A DNA stretch of 64,000 bases, taken from a bacterium (lineage in GTDB: Bacteria; Hinthialibacterota; Hinthialibacteria; Hinthialibacterales; Hinthialibacteraceae). Numbering within the stretch: position 1 is the stretch's first letter; every line of letters starts with the position of its first letter. The stretch spans positions 1,504,001 through 1,568,000 of the forward strand of contig CAXXMV010000002.1 in the NCBI GenBank assembly GCA_963662285.2. The letters run 5' to 3'. This document shows, one piece after another, positions 20,732-30,656 of the stretch. Under the pieces are notes generated by a model. That model did no database searches, was not told the origin of the DNA, and was given only the letters and a program-made list of their open reading frames with translations. The translations under genes were made by a program, and so were the position numbers.

Positions 20732-20997
20732 ATCTCACGATTATAAGTAAAGCCTATAGAATCTAGAGATTTGATGCAAGAATTCTAGCAATTATTTTAA
20801 ATGTACGGTTAGTTATAATGCATTTTAGATCACTGCTGTCCACGGAAATATATGAATGATCCGAAAACATTGGAAATTTCCAATGTTGGCAAATACATTG
20901 AATACAAATCTAAAAACTATAAAGTCTATGGATAAAATAAGAAACTTGTGACGTGGTTGCATTGATACGATCATTATAAAAGGAGTGACGAACCATC

Positions 20998-22332
20998 ATG
21001 ATGAACCGGCGCCATTTTCTACAGACTTTCGGGGCTTGTAGTATTCTCGCATCTAATCTCATCTTGAACGCAAGCAGCAGTGTGCGAAAATCTAAACGTC
21101 CTCCAAATATTATCGTTATCATGGCGGATGATCTCGGCTTCGGTGATTTATCCTGTTACGGTAACGACTTTATTCAAACACCGAACCTGGACGCGCTGGC
21201 TGGTGGAGGAGTTCGCTTCACGGATTATCATTCCAGTTGTCCCGTATGCAGCCCTACGCGTGCGGGATTGGTCACAGGACGTTATCAGCAGCGTTGTGGA
21301 ATCCCGGAAGTGTTGACCGTCGCAAAACACCGGGATCAAGGCCTATCAACTGACGAAACAACTTTCGCGAAAGTATTTAAAAAGGCAGGATATTCAACTG
21401 GACTGTTCGGAAAATGGCATCTGGGATATAAACCGGAATTCAATCCGGTGAACCATGGCTTCGATGAGTTCCGGGGATACCTGAGCGGCAATGTCGATTA
21501 TATTTCCCACATAGATCAAAGCGGAGTCTATGATTGGCGGCATAATGATAAACTCGTTGAAGAAGAGGGTTATACAACTCATTTGATCACTAAGCACTCT
21601 GTGCAATTTATAGAAGAGCATAAATCGAAACCGTTTTGCATCTACGTTGCTCACGAAGCGCCTCATTACCCATACCAAGGGCCGGAAGATAAAGCTGATC
21701 GAACCGTCGATGGTGATTTTTTATCTCACGGAAGCCGGAAAGATGTCGCCAATGCCTATAAAACCATGGTCGAAGAAATGGATCATGGTATTGGACAGAT
21801 CGTAAAAAAATTGCGTGAACACGATATCGAGAAAGATACGCTGATCTTTTTCTGTTCCGATAACGGCGCGACAAAGGCTGGTTCCAACGGGCTGCTACGA
21901 GGCTATAAAGGCGCATTATGGGAAGGCGGGCACCGTGTTCCAGCCATTGCTTATTGGCCGGGGAGCATCGCACCAGGTCGAATCTGTGGAGAGGCGGCAA
22001 TCAGCCTGGATGTCTTTCCAACCATTGCTTCAGCCGCGAAGTTGCAACTACCCGAATCACTATATCTGGATGGGGTGGATCTCATGCCTGAATTGCTTTC
22101 AGACCGGGGAATCCCTAATCGAACACTTTTCTGGGCATTTAAAAATCAGAAGGCAGTACGCCAAGGGTCATGGAAACTTGTTGTAACTCAAAAAGAAAAC
22201 ATGGAAAAAATTGAACTGTTTAATCTAAGCAATGATTTAGAAGAAAAGCATAATCTCTCAGGAAAAGAATCCGCAATACTCAAATCTTTATTGTCAGATT
22301 TAAGCAAATGGATCAAAGATGTTGCTTCATGA
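20998..22332 (+). CDS. Tat-exported formylglycine-dependent sulfatase
   Basis: RRHFL Tat motif, PNIIVIMADDLG, CSPTR, GKWHLG, SDNG. Confidence 0.93.
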   Translation: MMNRRHFLQTFGACSILASNLILNASSSVRKSKRPPNIIVIMADDLGFGDLSCYGNDFIQTPNLDALAGGGVRFTDYHSSCPVCSPTRAGLVTGRYQQRCGIPEVLTVAKHRDQGLSTDETTFAKVFKKAGYSTGLFGKWHLGYKPEFNPVNHGFDEFRGYLSGNVDYISHIDQSGVYDWRHNDKLVEEEGYTTHLITKHSVQFIEEHKSKPFCIYVAHEAPHYPYQGPEDKADRTVDGDFLSHGSRKDVANAYKTMVEEMDHGIGQIVKKLREHDIEKDTLIFFCSDNGATKAGSNGLLRGYKGALWEGGHRVPAIAYWPGSIAPGRICGEAAISLDVFPTIASAAKLQLPESLYLDGVDLMPELLSDRGIPNRTLFWAFKNQKAVRQGSWKLVVTQKENMEKIELFNLSNDLEEKHNLSGKESAILKSLLSDLSKWIKDVAS

Positions 22333-22484
22333 TCTGATAAACCTTCTCAATAGAAAAATAAATTGTACGGATGTGCAATTTTGGCCTGGTTTTTGCCCTT
22401 TAACGTTTTTAATTCTTACATTTTATGACGTTGTCAGTAATGAATTTAGATTGACAATCGATCAAAACGAAAGGGAGATTTATT

Positions 22485-23099
22485 ATGAATACATCTACAA
22501 AACAAGAAAAAACAAGATGTTACGGTGAAGCAATTCATCCTCCTGAATGGGAAAATTTGTTAAAAGACGTTGCAATCGACCGTTCAAAAAATGAAAACAC
22601 ACTTGATCCTCTCTTGATGGACATGCTCTATGCAAAAGATGACATGATTGAATTGCTGGATCGTTTTGTAGATTCCAACTGGGAAGATGAAAGCATTCAA
22701 AAGATCGAATTGGTGCGCAAAATTGCCATAAATAAGTTAAAAGGCGTATCGCGTTACTGCATTTTACTGACGTTAATGACTGGCGCCGGACCCAAGCGTA
22801 TAGCGGAAATTCTGGGCAATGTATCTGTGGAAAATGTACAACGTATGTTGACTAAAGGAATCGATACTATCAAAAAATGTCTTGCCGATAATTTCGGTGA
22901 TTTCCCCGTTGGCAAGGGTACCAGGCCGCCTATTCGCGCTTGCCTTTTTCCTTTGGATACTCCAGAAGAGAAGAAGCAATTCACGGCTTTTCTAAACGAG
23001 CATACTATTATGCATGTCTCTTATCGCGGTGATGATATTTTCAGGGAAGCGCTGGTAATCTTTTTGACTGGTAAACCTGCGCGAAGGTCTTTGCACTGA
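22485..23099 (+). CDS. Hypothetical protein with sigma70 region 4-like HTH
   Basis: GGGAG RBS; segment RYCILLTLMTG...RIAEILGNVSVENVQRMLTKG resembles region 4; no region 2 evident. Confidence 0.55.
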   Translation: MNTSTKQEKTRCYGEAIHPPEWENLLKDVAIDRSKNENTLDPLLMDMLYAKDDMIELLDRFVDSNWEDESIQKIELVRKIAINKLKGVSRYCILLTLMTGAGPKRIAEILGNVSVENVQRMLTKGIDTIKKCLADNFGDFPVGKGTRPPIRACLFPLDTPEEKKQFTAFLNEHTIMHVSYRGDDIFREALVIFLTGKPARRSLH

Positions 23100-23148
23100 T
23101 ATTCTTGTTGATCATCCTGAAAACGGCGGTTAATTTTGAAGATTTAAT

Positions 23149-23316
23149 CTAACTGCTGTTTTCAGGTTCATTCATAACCATAAGTTGGTAGGCGTCTTTT
23201 ATATTCTCTTCCAATTATTCCAAGGTTTCGCCCTGAGTCATTATTTCGGGATACTCTTTTAATTTTCCCAGCCAGAAACGATCATCTTTCCAATAAATCA
23301 GGGTATAGTTATGCAC
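23149..23316 (-). pseudogene. hicB: HicB-family antitoxin with internal stop
   Basis: Manual translation MHNYTLIYWKDDRFWLGKLKEYPEIMTQGETLE*LEENIKDAYQLM; TAA at 23215-23217; AAGGA RBS. Confidence 0.75.
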
Positions 23317-23408
23317 GGCGAATATTCCTTAACAAAGCATTATTTCTTATATCAACCCATGTGATAATGCATCAAAATTAAAAAAAAAGTAGGATTTAAT
23401 CGCAGGAA

Positions 23409-24173
23409 TTACAAATCTTTGCTTTCTTCTGATTTCAGTTGTCCGCATTCGGGGCCTCTGGCGCCGCAATTCTGGCAAACCCAGGTTTCTTCAAATTGTG
23501 AAAAAAGGAAAAGCCCGACTGCAACGGCAGGGATGCCAATCAAGGCGTAAAAGGAGAACACCAGTCCGCACGATATAGCAATGCCAATGAAGACAATTCC
23601 TAAGGATAACTGGGGATTATAAATTGGGCGTCGCTCTTTTTCGATTAAACCATCGCAACACATACAAGGAGGGAATTCCGACTTGACTGGTTCTTTCTTT
23701 ACAGTCGTTTCGTCTTCCAGATTTGGAGGAGGATCACCGCTGGGCTCTACCGTATTTTGTTCTTCAGTAACTTCATCTTGATCGGCTTCGATCTTTTCGA
23801 ACTCAGATTCCTCAAACTCGTCATCCTGATCGTCTTCACCATTTTCTGTGTTTTCTTGCAGCTCCACATCCGGCTCTTCGCCTGAAATTATTTTGTTGAA
23901 GACCGGATCTTCATGTAATGCATTGAATTCCCGATCTTCGCTGGCCCAGTCTATACAGTGTGGATTCAGTTTAGCTGCGCGGCTCAGATACATTATGGCT
24001 TTATCTTTATCGCCGGTCATGGAGTAGCAACACGACAAATTGTATAAAGCTTCCGAATATTCAGGATTCTCCATAATGGCTTCTTCGAAATAGGTCGAAG
24101 CCTGGCTGTAACTTTCCTTGTGGAAAAAGTTCAGGCCTTGCTCAAAATGAAACCGGGACTTGTTCTTTGACAT
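23409..24173 (-). CDS. TPR protein with acidic linker, two TM helices and flanking Cys pairs
   Basis: TPR segment ALYNLSCCYS...AIMYLSRAAKLNP; CMCC and CQNC bracket a hydrophobic hairpin. Confidence 0.75.
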   Translation of the reverse strand: MSKNKSRFHFEQGLNFFHKESYSQASTYFEEAIMENPEYSEALYNLSCCYSMTGDKDKAIMYLSRAAKLNPHCIDWASEDREFNALHEDPVFNKIISGEEPDVELQENTENGEDDQDDEFEESEFEKIEADQDEVTEEQNTVEPSGDPPPNLEDETTVKKEPVKSEFPPCMCCDGLIEKERRPIYNPQLSLGIVFIGIAISCGLVFSFYALIGIPAVAVGLFLFSQFEETWVCQNCGARGPECGQLKSEESKDL

Positions 24174-24468
24174 TTTAATCTACGTGGATTTACTGAGTCC
24201 ATTTTTATTGTTTCTTTAGACTCTTGTCTATCATCCACCTACTCCTGATTCCCCATCGAAATAAATAAATAGATTAACATCGTAATGAAAATCGTTGCAA
24301 TAATTCATTACGTTAGAATAATACTAGCATAGATAACAAGAGGTTCAAGAAAAAAATAAATTATTATTCATGTAATTATTAATTGTCGCTGGATGATAAT
24401 AAGTAGTTAATTTATATAGGCTTTCGGAAATCCTCTATGAAAAAGAATAAAAAAAATCAAAAAAAGTC

Positions 24469-24521
24469 TTGACACCACAATATGTAGGGGTTATCTTTTT
24501 GTTCCCTACTATAAATTGATG
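24469..24521 (+). promoter_or_regulatory. nrdJ promoter with tandem NrdR boxes
   Basis: TTGACA 24469-24474, 17 bp, TATCTT; CCACAATATGTAGGGG (24475) and CTACTATAAATTGATG (24506) are 31 bp apart and fit the NrdR consensus. Confidence 0.75.
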
Positions 24522-24596
24522 GTTGCTATTTAGGGGTTATTTCTTCTTTGCTTTTCAGCGGAAATCAGTCAATTGCCCATAAAGGAGATTATTGGC

Positions 24597-27419
24597 ATGG
24601 CTTTGGTCGATTCAAACCGTATTACTAACGAGCAGAAACATGAAATTGAGAATAAAGATATGAGCGCTTCGACATCCACTGAAGGTAAAGGATTGCACTT
24701 TCGGCGTATCTATACTCAAGAGGGCGTTGATCCGTTTTCTACAGTTGAGTGGGAGTATCGCGATGCTTTGATAGCTGGCGAAAAAGGGGAAACGATTTTC
24801 GAACAAAAAAATGTTGAATTTCCCAAAGCATGGTCGCAATTGGCTGCTAATGTAGTTGTTTCTAAATATTTCCGTGGACAAAACGGTACGAACAATAGAG
24901 AAAATAGCGTCAGGCAACTCATATCCCGTGTAGCGGATACGATTGTCTCCTGGGGCGAGCGGCAGAAATATTTTGCATCTGAGCGGGATCGCGACGCCTT
25001 TCATGATGAATTAGTCTATCTGCTGTTGCATCAACATGCTTCTTTCAATAGCCCTGTGTGGTTCAATGTCGGCGTCGAAAAGGAACCGCAATGTTCCGCA
25101 TGTTTTATTAATTCTGTAGAAGATACTATGGAATCAATCCTGGAATTGGCTAAAACTGAGGGCATGTTGTTCAAATATGGTTCCGGCGCCGGGGCTAATT
25201 TATCTCCGATTCGCTCTTCCAAGGAACTGCTGCATGGTGGAGGAACCGCTTCTGGCCCAGTATCATTCATGAAGGGTTATGATGCTTTCGCCGGGGTTAT
25301 CAAGTCTGGCGGCAAGACGCGTCGCGCCGCCAAAATGGTGATCTTAAACGCAGATCACCCCGATATCATCGATTTCATCCAATCGAAATCCAAGGAAGAA
25401 AAGAAAGCCTGGTCGCTGATCGATATGGGCTATGATGGCTCCTTCAACGGCGAGGCTTACAACTCGGTATTCTTTCAGAACGCCAACCATAGCGTCCGGG
25501 TTACAGATGAATTCATGAAATCAGTCGAAAATGACGGTGATTGGCATACTCGCTATGTTGCGAGTAATGAATTATGCGATACTCATAAGGCGCGCGAAAT
25601 TATGAGCATGATCGCCGAAGGAACGCATCTCTGCGGCGACCCGGGGATGCAATTTGATTCTACCGTCAACCGTTGGCATACCTGTCCTAACTCTGACCGC
25701 ATCAATGCTTCCAACCCATGCTCAGAATATATGTTTCTGGATGATACCGCCTGTAATCTGGCTTCTCTTAACCTGATGAAATATCAGAATGAGGATAGTA
25801 CGTTTGATGCGGATAAATTCAGGTATTCGGTTGATATAATGATAACGGCGCAGGAAATCATTATCGATAACGCCAGTTATCCAACCGAGAAGATCGGCGA
25901 AAATAGCCACCTATACCGTACTCTAGGCTTGGGCTACGCCAATTTGGGCGCCTTGATCATGGCTAGCGGTTACGCCTACGACAGCGAATCAGGCCGTACT
26001 TACGCTTCTGTCATCACATCGCTGCTCTGCGGTGAATCCTACGCCCAGAGCGCCCGCATCGCCCGTGAGATGCAGCCTTTCTCTGAATTTGCGATTAATC
26101 GCGAGCCGATGCTCAAAGTGATCGATATGCACCGCAAAGCCACCTATGATATAAATGCTGATAATGAGCATTCATACCTGCGTGACGAGGCCATTAAAGC
26201 CTGGGATAGCGCTTACGAACTGGGCGAACAGCATGGCTACCGCAACGCCCAGGTTACGGTTCTGGCCCCTACCGGAACCATCGCATTTATGATGGATTGC
26301 GACACCACCGGCATTGAACCGGATATCGCATTGGTTAAATACAAAAATCTGGTTGGCGGCGGAGCTCTCAAAATCATCAACAACACCGTACCTCGTTCAC
26401 TTGACCGATTGGGCTACTCAAAAGATGACAAAGAAAAAATCTTAGCCTATATCGCAGAAAACGACACCATCGAAGGCGCGCCGCAACTTAAACAGGAACA
26501 TCTTTCGGTATTCGATTGCGCCTTCAAACCATCTAAAGGCGAGCGTTCAATTAAATACATGGGGCATATTCGTATGATGGGCGCCGTCCAGCCATTCATA
26601 TCCGGCGCCATATCCAAGACCGTCAATCTTCCCACTGAAGCAACCGCCAAAGAAATCGAGAAAGTTTATCTCGAATCATGGAAACTGGGCTTAAAAGCGG
26701 TGGCGGTTTACCGGGATGGCTGCAAGCGGACTCAACCGCTGAACACCAGCAGTAACGCCGCTATGAAAGAAGCCAGCGATGCTCGCGCCAATTCCGTAAC
26801 TGATGCGACGCCGAAGCCTTACCGCTGGCGGTTGCCGGATGAGCGCTATGCCATTACTCATAAATTCAGCGTGGGCGGTCATGAAGGATATATTACGGTC
26901 GGCCTTTATCCTGAAGGTCAGCCGGGTGAGATTTTCCTGACCATGGCCAAAGAGGGAACTGTGGTATCGGGTATGATGGACGCTTTTGCTACAGCGGTTT
27001 CGCTATCCCTGCAATATGGCGTGCCCCTGAAAGTTCTGGTCAATAAATTCGCCCATACCCGATTTGAACCATCCGGTTTTACCGGCAATCCGGAAATCCC
27101 TATCGCCAAATCTATTACGGACTATATTTTCCGCTGGCTGGCTTCCAAATTTCTCTCTGATGAAGACCGCAAAATTGTGGGCATAATCGACCGCGGCGTA
27201 AAGAATGGCATTGATCTGAGCCAGGATAATTTCCCCGTTCCTGATTTGAATAATAAACTTGATTCTAAATCTACTGCTGGAGTAGGTAATTCAACTAAAG
27301 CATTCGCTTTCGAAACCCAGACCGACGCGCCCCCCTGCCATGAATGCGGCTCAATGATGGTGCGCAATGGATCGTGCTACAAATGCCTGAACTGCGGAGC
27401 AACCAGCGGCTGCTCGTGA
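24597..27419 (+). CDS. nrdJ: Adenosylcobalamin-dependent class II ribonucleotide reductase with TSCPD-type domain and C-terminal Zn ribbon
   Basis: PQCSACFI, SNPCSEY, APTGTI, GAISKTVN, terminal CxxC..CxxC..GCS; AAGGAG RBS. Confidence 0.95.
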   Translation: MALVDSNRITNEQKHEIENKDMSASTSTEGKGLHFRRIYTQEGVDPFSTVEWEYRDALIAGEKGETIFEQKNVEFPKAWSQLAANVVVSKYFRGQNGTNNRENSVRQLISRVADTIVSWGERQKYFASERDRDAFHDELVYLLLHQHASFNSPVWFNVGVEKEPQCSACFINSVEDTMESILELAKTEGMLFKYGSGAGANLSPIRSSKELLHGGGTASGPVSFMKGYDAFAGVIKSGGKTRRAAKMVILNADHPDIIDFIQSKSKEEKKAWSLIDMGYDGSFNGEAYNSVFFQNANHSVRVTDEFMKSVENDGDWHTRYVASNELCDTHKAREIMSMIAEGTHLCGDPGMQFDSTVNRWHTCPNSDRINASNPCSEYMFLDDTACNLASLNLMKYQNEDSTFDADKFRYSVDIMITAQEIIIDNASYPTEKIGENSHLYRTLGLGYANLGALIMASGYAYDSESGRTYASVITSLLCGESYAQSARIAREMQPFSEFAINREPMLKVIDMHRKATYDINADNEHSYLRDEAIKAWDSAYELGEQHGYRNAQVTVLAPTGTIAFMMDCDTTGIEPDIALVKYKNLVGGGALKIINNTVPRSLDRLGYSKDDKEKILAYIAENDTIEGAPQLKQEHLSVFDCAFKPSKGERSIKYMGHIRMMGAVQPFISGAISKTVNLPTEATAKEIEKVYLESWKLGLKAVAVYRDGCKRTQPLNTSSNAAMKEASDARANSVTDATPKPYRWRLPDERYAITHKFSVGGHEGYITVGLYPEGQPGEIFLTMAKEGTVVSGMMDAFATAVSLSLQYGVPLKVLVNKFAHTRFEPSGFTGNPEIPIAKSITDYIFRWLASKFLSDEDRKIVGIIDRGVKNGIDLSQDNFPVPDLNNKLDSKSTAGVGNSTKAFAFETQTDAPPCHECGSMMVRNGSCYKCLNCGATSGCS

Positions 27420-27451
27420 TGAGGAGAATATTTTTTGTGGATTAGCTTCAT

Positions 27452-27536
27452 GTAGGGGCGCCTCTCGTGGGCGCCCGATCTATCGATTGGCGTAGGCAAC
27501 CAATAGATCGGGCAACTACAAGGAATTGCCTCTACG
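27452..27536. repeat. GTAG-type REP doublet
   Basis: GTAGGGGCGCCTCTCGTGGGCGCCC followed by inverted partner GGGCAACTACAAGGAATTGCCTCTAC between convergent genes. Confidence 0.7.
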
Positions 27537-27657
27537 AGGATAGTGCACATAGAATATTTGGAGAGAATTCGGTTGATTTTGCAGACATTTTAGACCATCC
27601 CGCCTGCTATTATTATTCATAATTCACCAACTTTATAATCATATTTAATATTGTATA

Positions 27658-28872
27658 TTATCCAAAGGCTATTATCCCTTTTTTGCCCGGCGTAATTTTC
27701 CCTAAAACTACTGCATGATCGGCGCCGGTTACTTGTGGGATGTTGGCTGGTATGCCGCACAAGGTTGAGAAGGCCAGGATCGCGAAACCTATTGCTTCTT
27801 TGGCGTCGGATGAGACGCCGTACTTTTCTATACTTTGCCAGCGTAATGCAGGGCATAGGGTTTGCAGGCGTTGCATCAAGAACTCATTTTTTACTCCTCC
27901 CCCGCTGATAATAACTTCTCTAGGCGACCCGTGAGGGAAAATGAATCTACGATAGGCGCCGGTAATGGATTGCGCCGTCAATTCACATGCAGTGGCCAGG
28001 ATATCCTCCAGCGGTTTTCCCGCGGCTTGGCTTAAAAACTGCTGTACGAATTGTTCGCCAAAATCCTCATGTCCGGTGGCTTTGGGTGGTGTTTTTTCAA
28101 AGAAAGGATGCTTCAGAGAGTCTTCTAAAAGTTGTGGAATAACGCTTCCACTTTTTGCCAGTTCGCCATTTTTATCGTAGCGTGCTCCTTTTATCATCTT
28201 TTGCACAATCAAATCCATGACCATATTTCCAGGGCCGCTGTCGAATGCTATGATGCCGCCGTCCTTTTGAATTAATGTACAGTTAGCGATCCCCCCGATA
28301 TTTTGACATAACACATCCTGATCGTTTTGCGCAAACAGAAATGCGTCGACAAACGGAATCAATGGCGCCCCGACTCCCCCCGCCGCCATATCGCTCATCC
28401 GGAAATCACCCACAGTCATCACGCCTGTTCTTTCAGCAATAACGCAGGGGTCGCCAATCTGCAAAGTCGAAGGTTTCAGCCAGCCGCGTGATTTATTGGT
28501 TGTGGGGATGTGGAAAATGGTTTGTCCGTGCGAGCCGATAAAATCCACCTTGCTTAAATCAACCTTCGCTTTCGCCGCAACATCTATAGCCGCCTCTGCA
28601 AACAATTCTCCCATTTCAAAATTGAGTTGGCAGATCAACTCAGCATTGGATCGTTGTGGATCAATGGCCTCCTGCAAACGTCGGCGCAAATGAGATGGAA
28701 TGGGCGTTTCCTGATAGGCGACCAGTTTAATCCGTTGATTACTGCAAGGTGAAATAGATACTAATGCAGCGTCGACTGCATCCATTGAGGTGCCCGACAT
28801 CAGCCCGATAGCCAAAACAGGCGAATCCAGTTTAATATCTCTCAATTGCTGATAGGCTGTTAACATTATCAT
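27658..28872 (-). CDS. anmK: Anhydro-N-acetylmuramic acid kinase
   Basis: IGLMSGTSMDAVD, IGSHGQT, GAPL, NIGGIAN, DSGPGN, KEAIGFA. Confidence 0.95.
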   Translation of the reverse strand: MIMLTAYQQLRDIKLDSPVLAIGLMSGTSMDAVDAALVSISPCSNQRIKLVAYQETPIPSHLRRRLQEAIDPQRSNAELICQLNFEMGELFAEAAIDVAAKAKVDLSKVDFIGSHGQTIFHIPTTNKSRGWLKPSTLQIGDPCVIAERTGVMTVGDFRMSDMAAGGVGAPLIPFVDAFLFAQNDQDVLCQNIGGIANCTLIQKDGGIIAFDSGPGNMVMDLIVQKMIKGARYDKNGELAKSGSVIPQLLEDSLKHPFFEKTPPKATGHEDFGEQFVQQFLSQAAGKPLEDILATACELTAQSITGAYRRFIFPHGSPREVIISGGGVKNEFLMQRLQTLCPALRWQSIEKYGVSSDAKEAIGFAILAFSTLCGIPANIPQVTGADHAVVLGKITPGKKGIIAFG

Positions 28873-28998
28873 TGCCGTGATTCTTTCAAGAATATAAAAG
28901 CTTTTGATTATTGAATTATGATATGATAAAACACAATATTGAATTTTATAACCAATGATATTAAATAATGATGCACCCTATTTACGGGAGGGTAAATT

Positions 28999-30525
28999 AT
29001 GAAAAAGCAATCTAGGATAACAATACGGTTTTCTTTTATGCTTATATTTATGGCTGCTATGTATGCGTCAAGCGCGTTGTGCGCCCAGATGGTGGTAGAC
29101 CATAGCGGCGGCGGTGATTATGAATCCCTCAGCGCGGCTGTAGCGGACGCGCTCATTAATAACGGACCGGATGAGATTATCGTGAAACCGGGCGTCTATG
29201 TTGATGAGCAGAACGTCGGCGAAATTCTCTATTTTACCGGCGCTGATGATATCACCATCCGGGGAGAAGACCCTGCTGATCGTCCCATCATTGTCGTTGA
29301 ACCTAATCACGAAAATTCTGCAGCCGATAGCGTTGACGGCGTTATCATTCAAATGGGAGGGCAATTGACTTTTGAAAATTTGATTTTTGTACCTTCAGAG
29401 AATTTCACCATGGATAACGGGGTTGATGACCTCATCGCCGTCTTCAATGCGGAAGCCGAAGGAAATCAGTCTTGGCTTGAATTAACTTTCAGAAATGTTG
29501 TGATAACTCATTCAGACTTTGATAACCAACCCGTGACCACTGATGGCTTTGACGATCCCCGCTATTGGGATAACACCTTGCGGGATGACGCCATTAATAT
29601 AGATGTCAGCGCTGCACCCAATGATCACATCGATCTTCTTTTAGATAATGTCGTCATTACCGGTTATGGAACCGCTTCAGACTCGGATGCCTTGGTGCTG
29701 GATGGACCGGAAATCGTAGCCAGGATTACCGAAGGCTCGCGCTTCACCTACATTCGCCGACGAGGGATTTATGCTTATTCGGTAAAATATTTGATCATTC
29801 TGGGAACCGATGAAAATCCGGTGCTGATTTATGGAGCGGGAGAAACAATGATCCGCGCTTCAGACGGCTCCAATAACTGGAGTCATCTATGGTGCGTTGG
29901 ATTAAATGAGGGTGATGGTGGCATCAACACGGGTTTCGCCGCAAGGGTTGATCCGAATGGAATCGACTCGCTTGATGCGACCAATTGTATTTTTTCTACG
30001 GCCTTAAGCGATGGGCTATTCATGAATTTCGATTCAGAAGAACCGATTTTATGTGAGTTGCGTAGTTGTACGTTTTACAATGTGCCCGAATTAATTCGCT
30101 TTGGATTCGCCGGCGAACCGGGGCCATCGGCTAACGTCACAATGCGGGTTATCGATACAATCATCGATAACCAGGATTGGACTGCACCCAACGATGGCAC
30201 GTATTGGGCGCCTGAACCGACCGTGGTGCATTACGGCGACGGGGATAACACCTTGGCGCAGCTGACCTTTACAAATCTTGCCTATCGCACTCAGACTTTC
30301 ACTTCGAGCATGAGTGGATCAAGGTCTCCGACGACGGATGGCAACATCATAGAAATGACCGATTTCCAATTCGCCGCAACCGAACTGACCCGTGATAATT
30401 TCTCTGAATTCATGGTGGCGGAGAATAGCGACGCCCTTGCAGGAAAGGGCATCCAAGAGAGTTATCTCGGCGGCGCAAGATCTAAAGCGCACTATACGGA
30501 TATTATGGATTGGTCGATTTATTGA
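28999..30525 (+). CDS. Secreted acidic protein, probable right-handed beta-helix, with C-terminal motif TDIMDWSIY
   Basis: Signal peptide; GGGDYESLSAAV..A...I.VKPGVY start typical of pectin-lyase-like folds. Confidence 0.7.
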   Translation: MKKQSRITIRFSFMLIFMAAMYASSALCAQMVVDHSGGGDYESLSAAVADALINNGPDEIIVKPGVYVDEQNVGEILYFTGADDITIRGEDPADRPIIVVEPNHENSAADSVDGVIIQMGGQLTFENLIFVPSENFTMDNGVDDLIAVFNAEAEGNQSWLELTFRNVVITHSDFDNQPVTTDGFDDPRYWDNTLRDDAINIDVSAAPNDHIDLLLDNVVITGYGTASDSDALVLDGPEIVARITEGSRFTYIRRRGIYAYSVKYLIILGTDENPVLIYGAGETMIRASDGSNNWSHLWCVGLNEGDGGINTGFAARVDPNGIDSLDATNCIFSTALSDGLFMNFDSEEPILCELRSCTFYNVPELIRFGFAGEPGPSANVTMRVIDTIIDNQDWTAPNDGTYWAPEPTVVHYGDGDNTLAQLTFTNLAYRTQTFTSSMSGSRSPTTDGNIIEMTDFQFAATELTRDNFSEFMVAENSDALAGKGIQESYLGGARSKAHYTDIMDWSIY

Positions 30526-30567
30526 TGGGTAATTTATTGAGTTTGATTGTTGAATTAATTCAACTAA

Positions 30568-30602
30568 GCCCTCTGCTTCCATTTGACTCGGGAGCAGAGG
30601 GC
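30568..30602 (+). terminator. Stem-loop, probable terminator
   Basis: GCCCTCTGCTTCC...GGGAGCAGAGGGC. Confidence 0.55.
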
Positions 30603-30656
30603 CAGTAATTTATGGTTGTTTGTTTTTACATCTATGGAATACTTTAAGGTGAATAA

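Noticed and set aside
24180-24596. Cobalamin riboswitch upstream of nrdJ
   Set aside because: Region is AT-rich with no B12-box; NrdR boxes explain the regulation.
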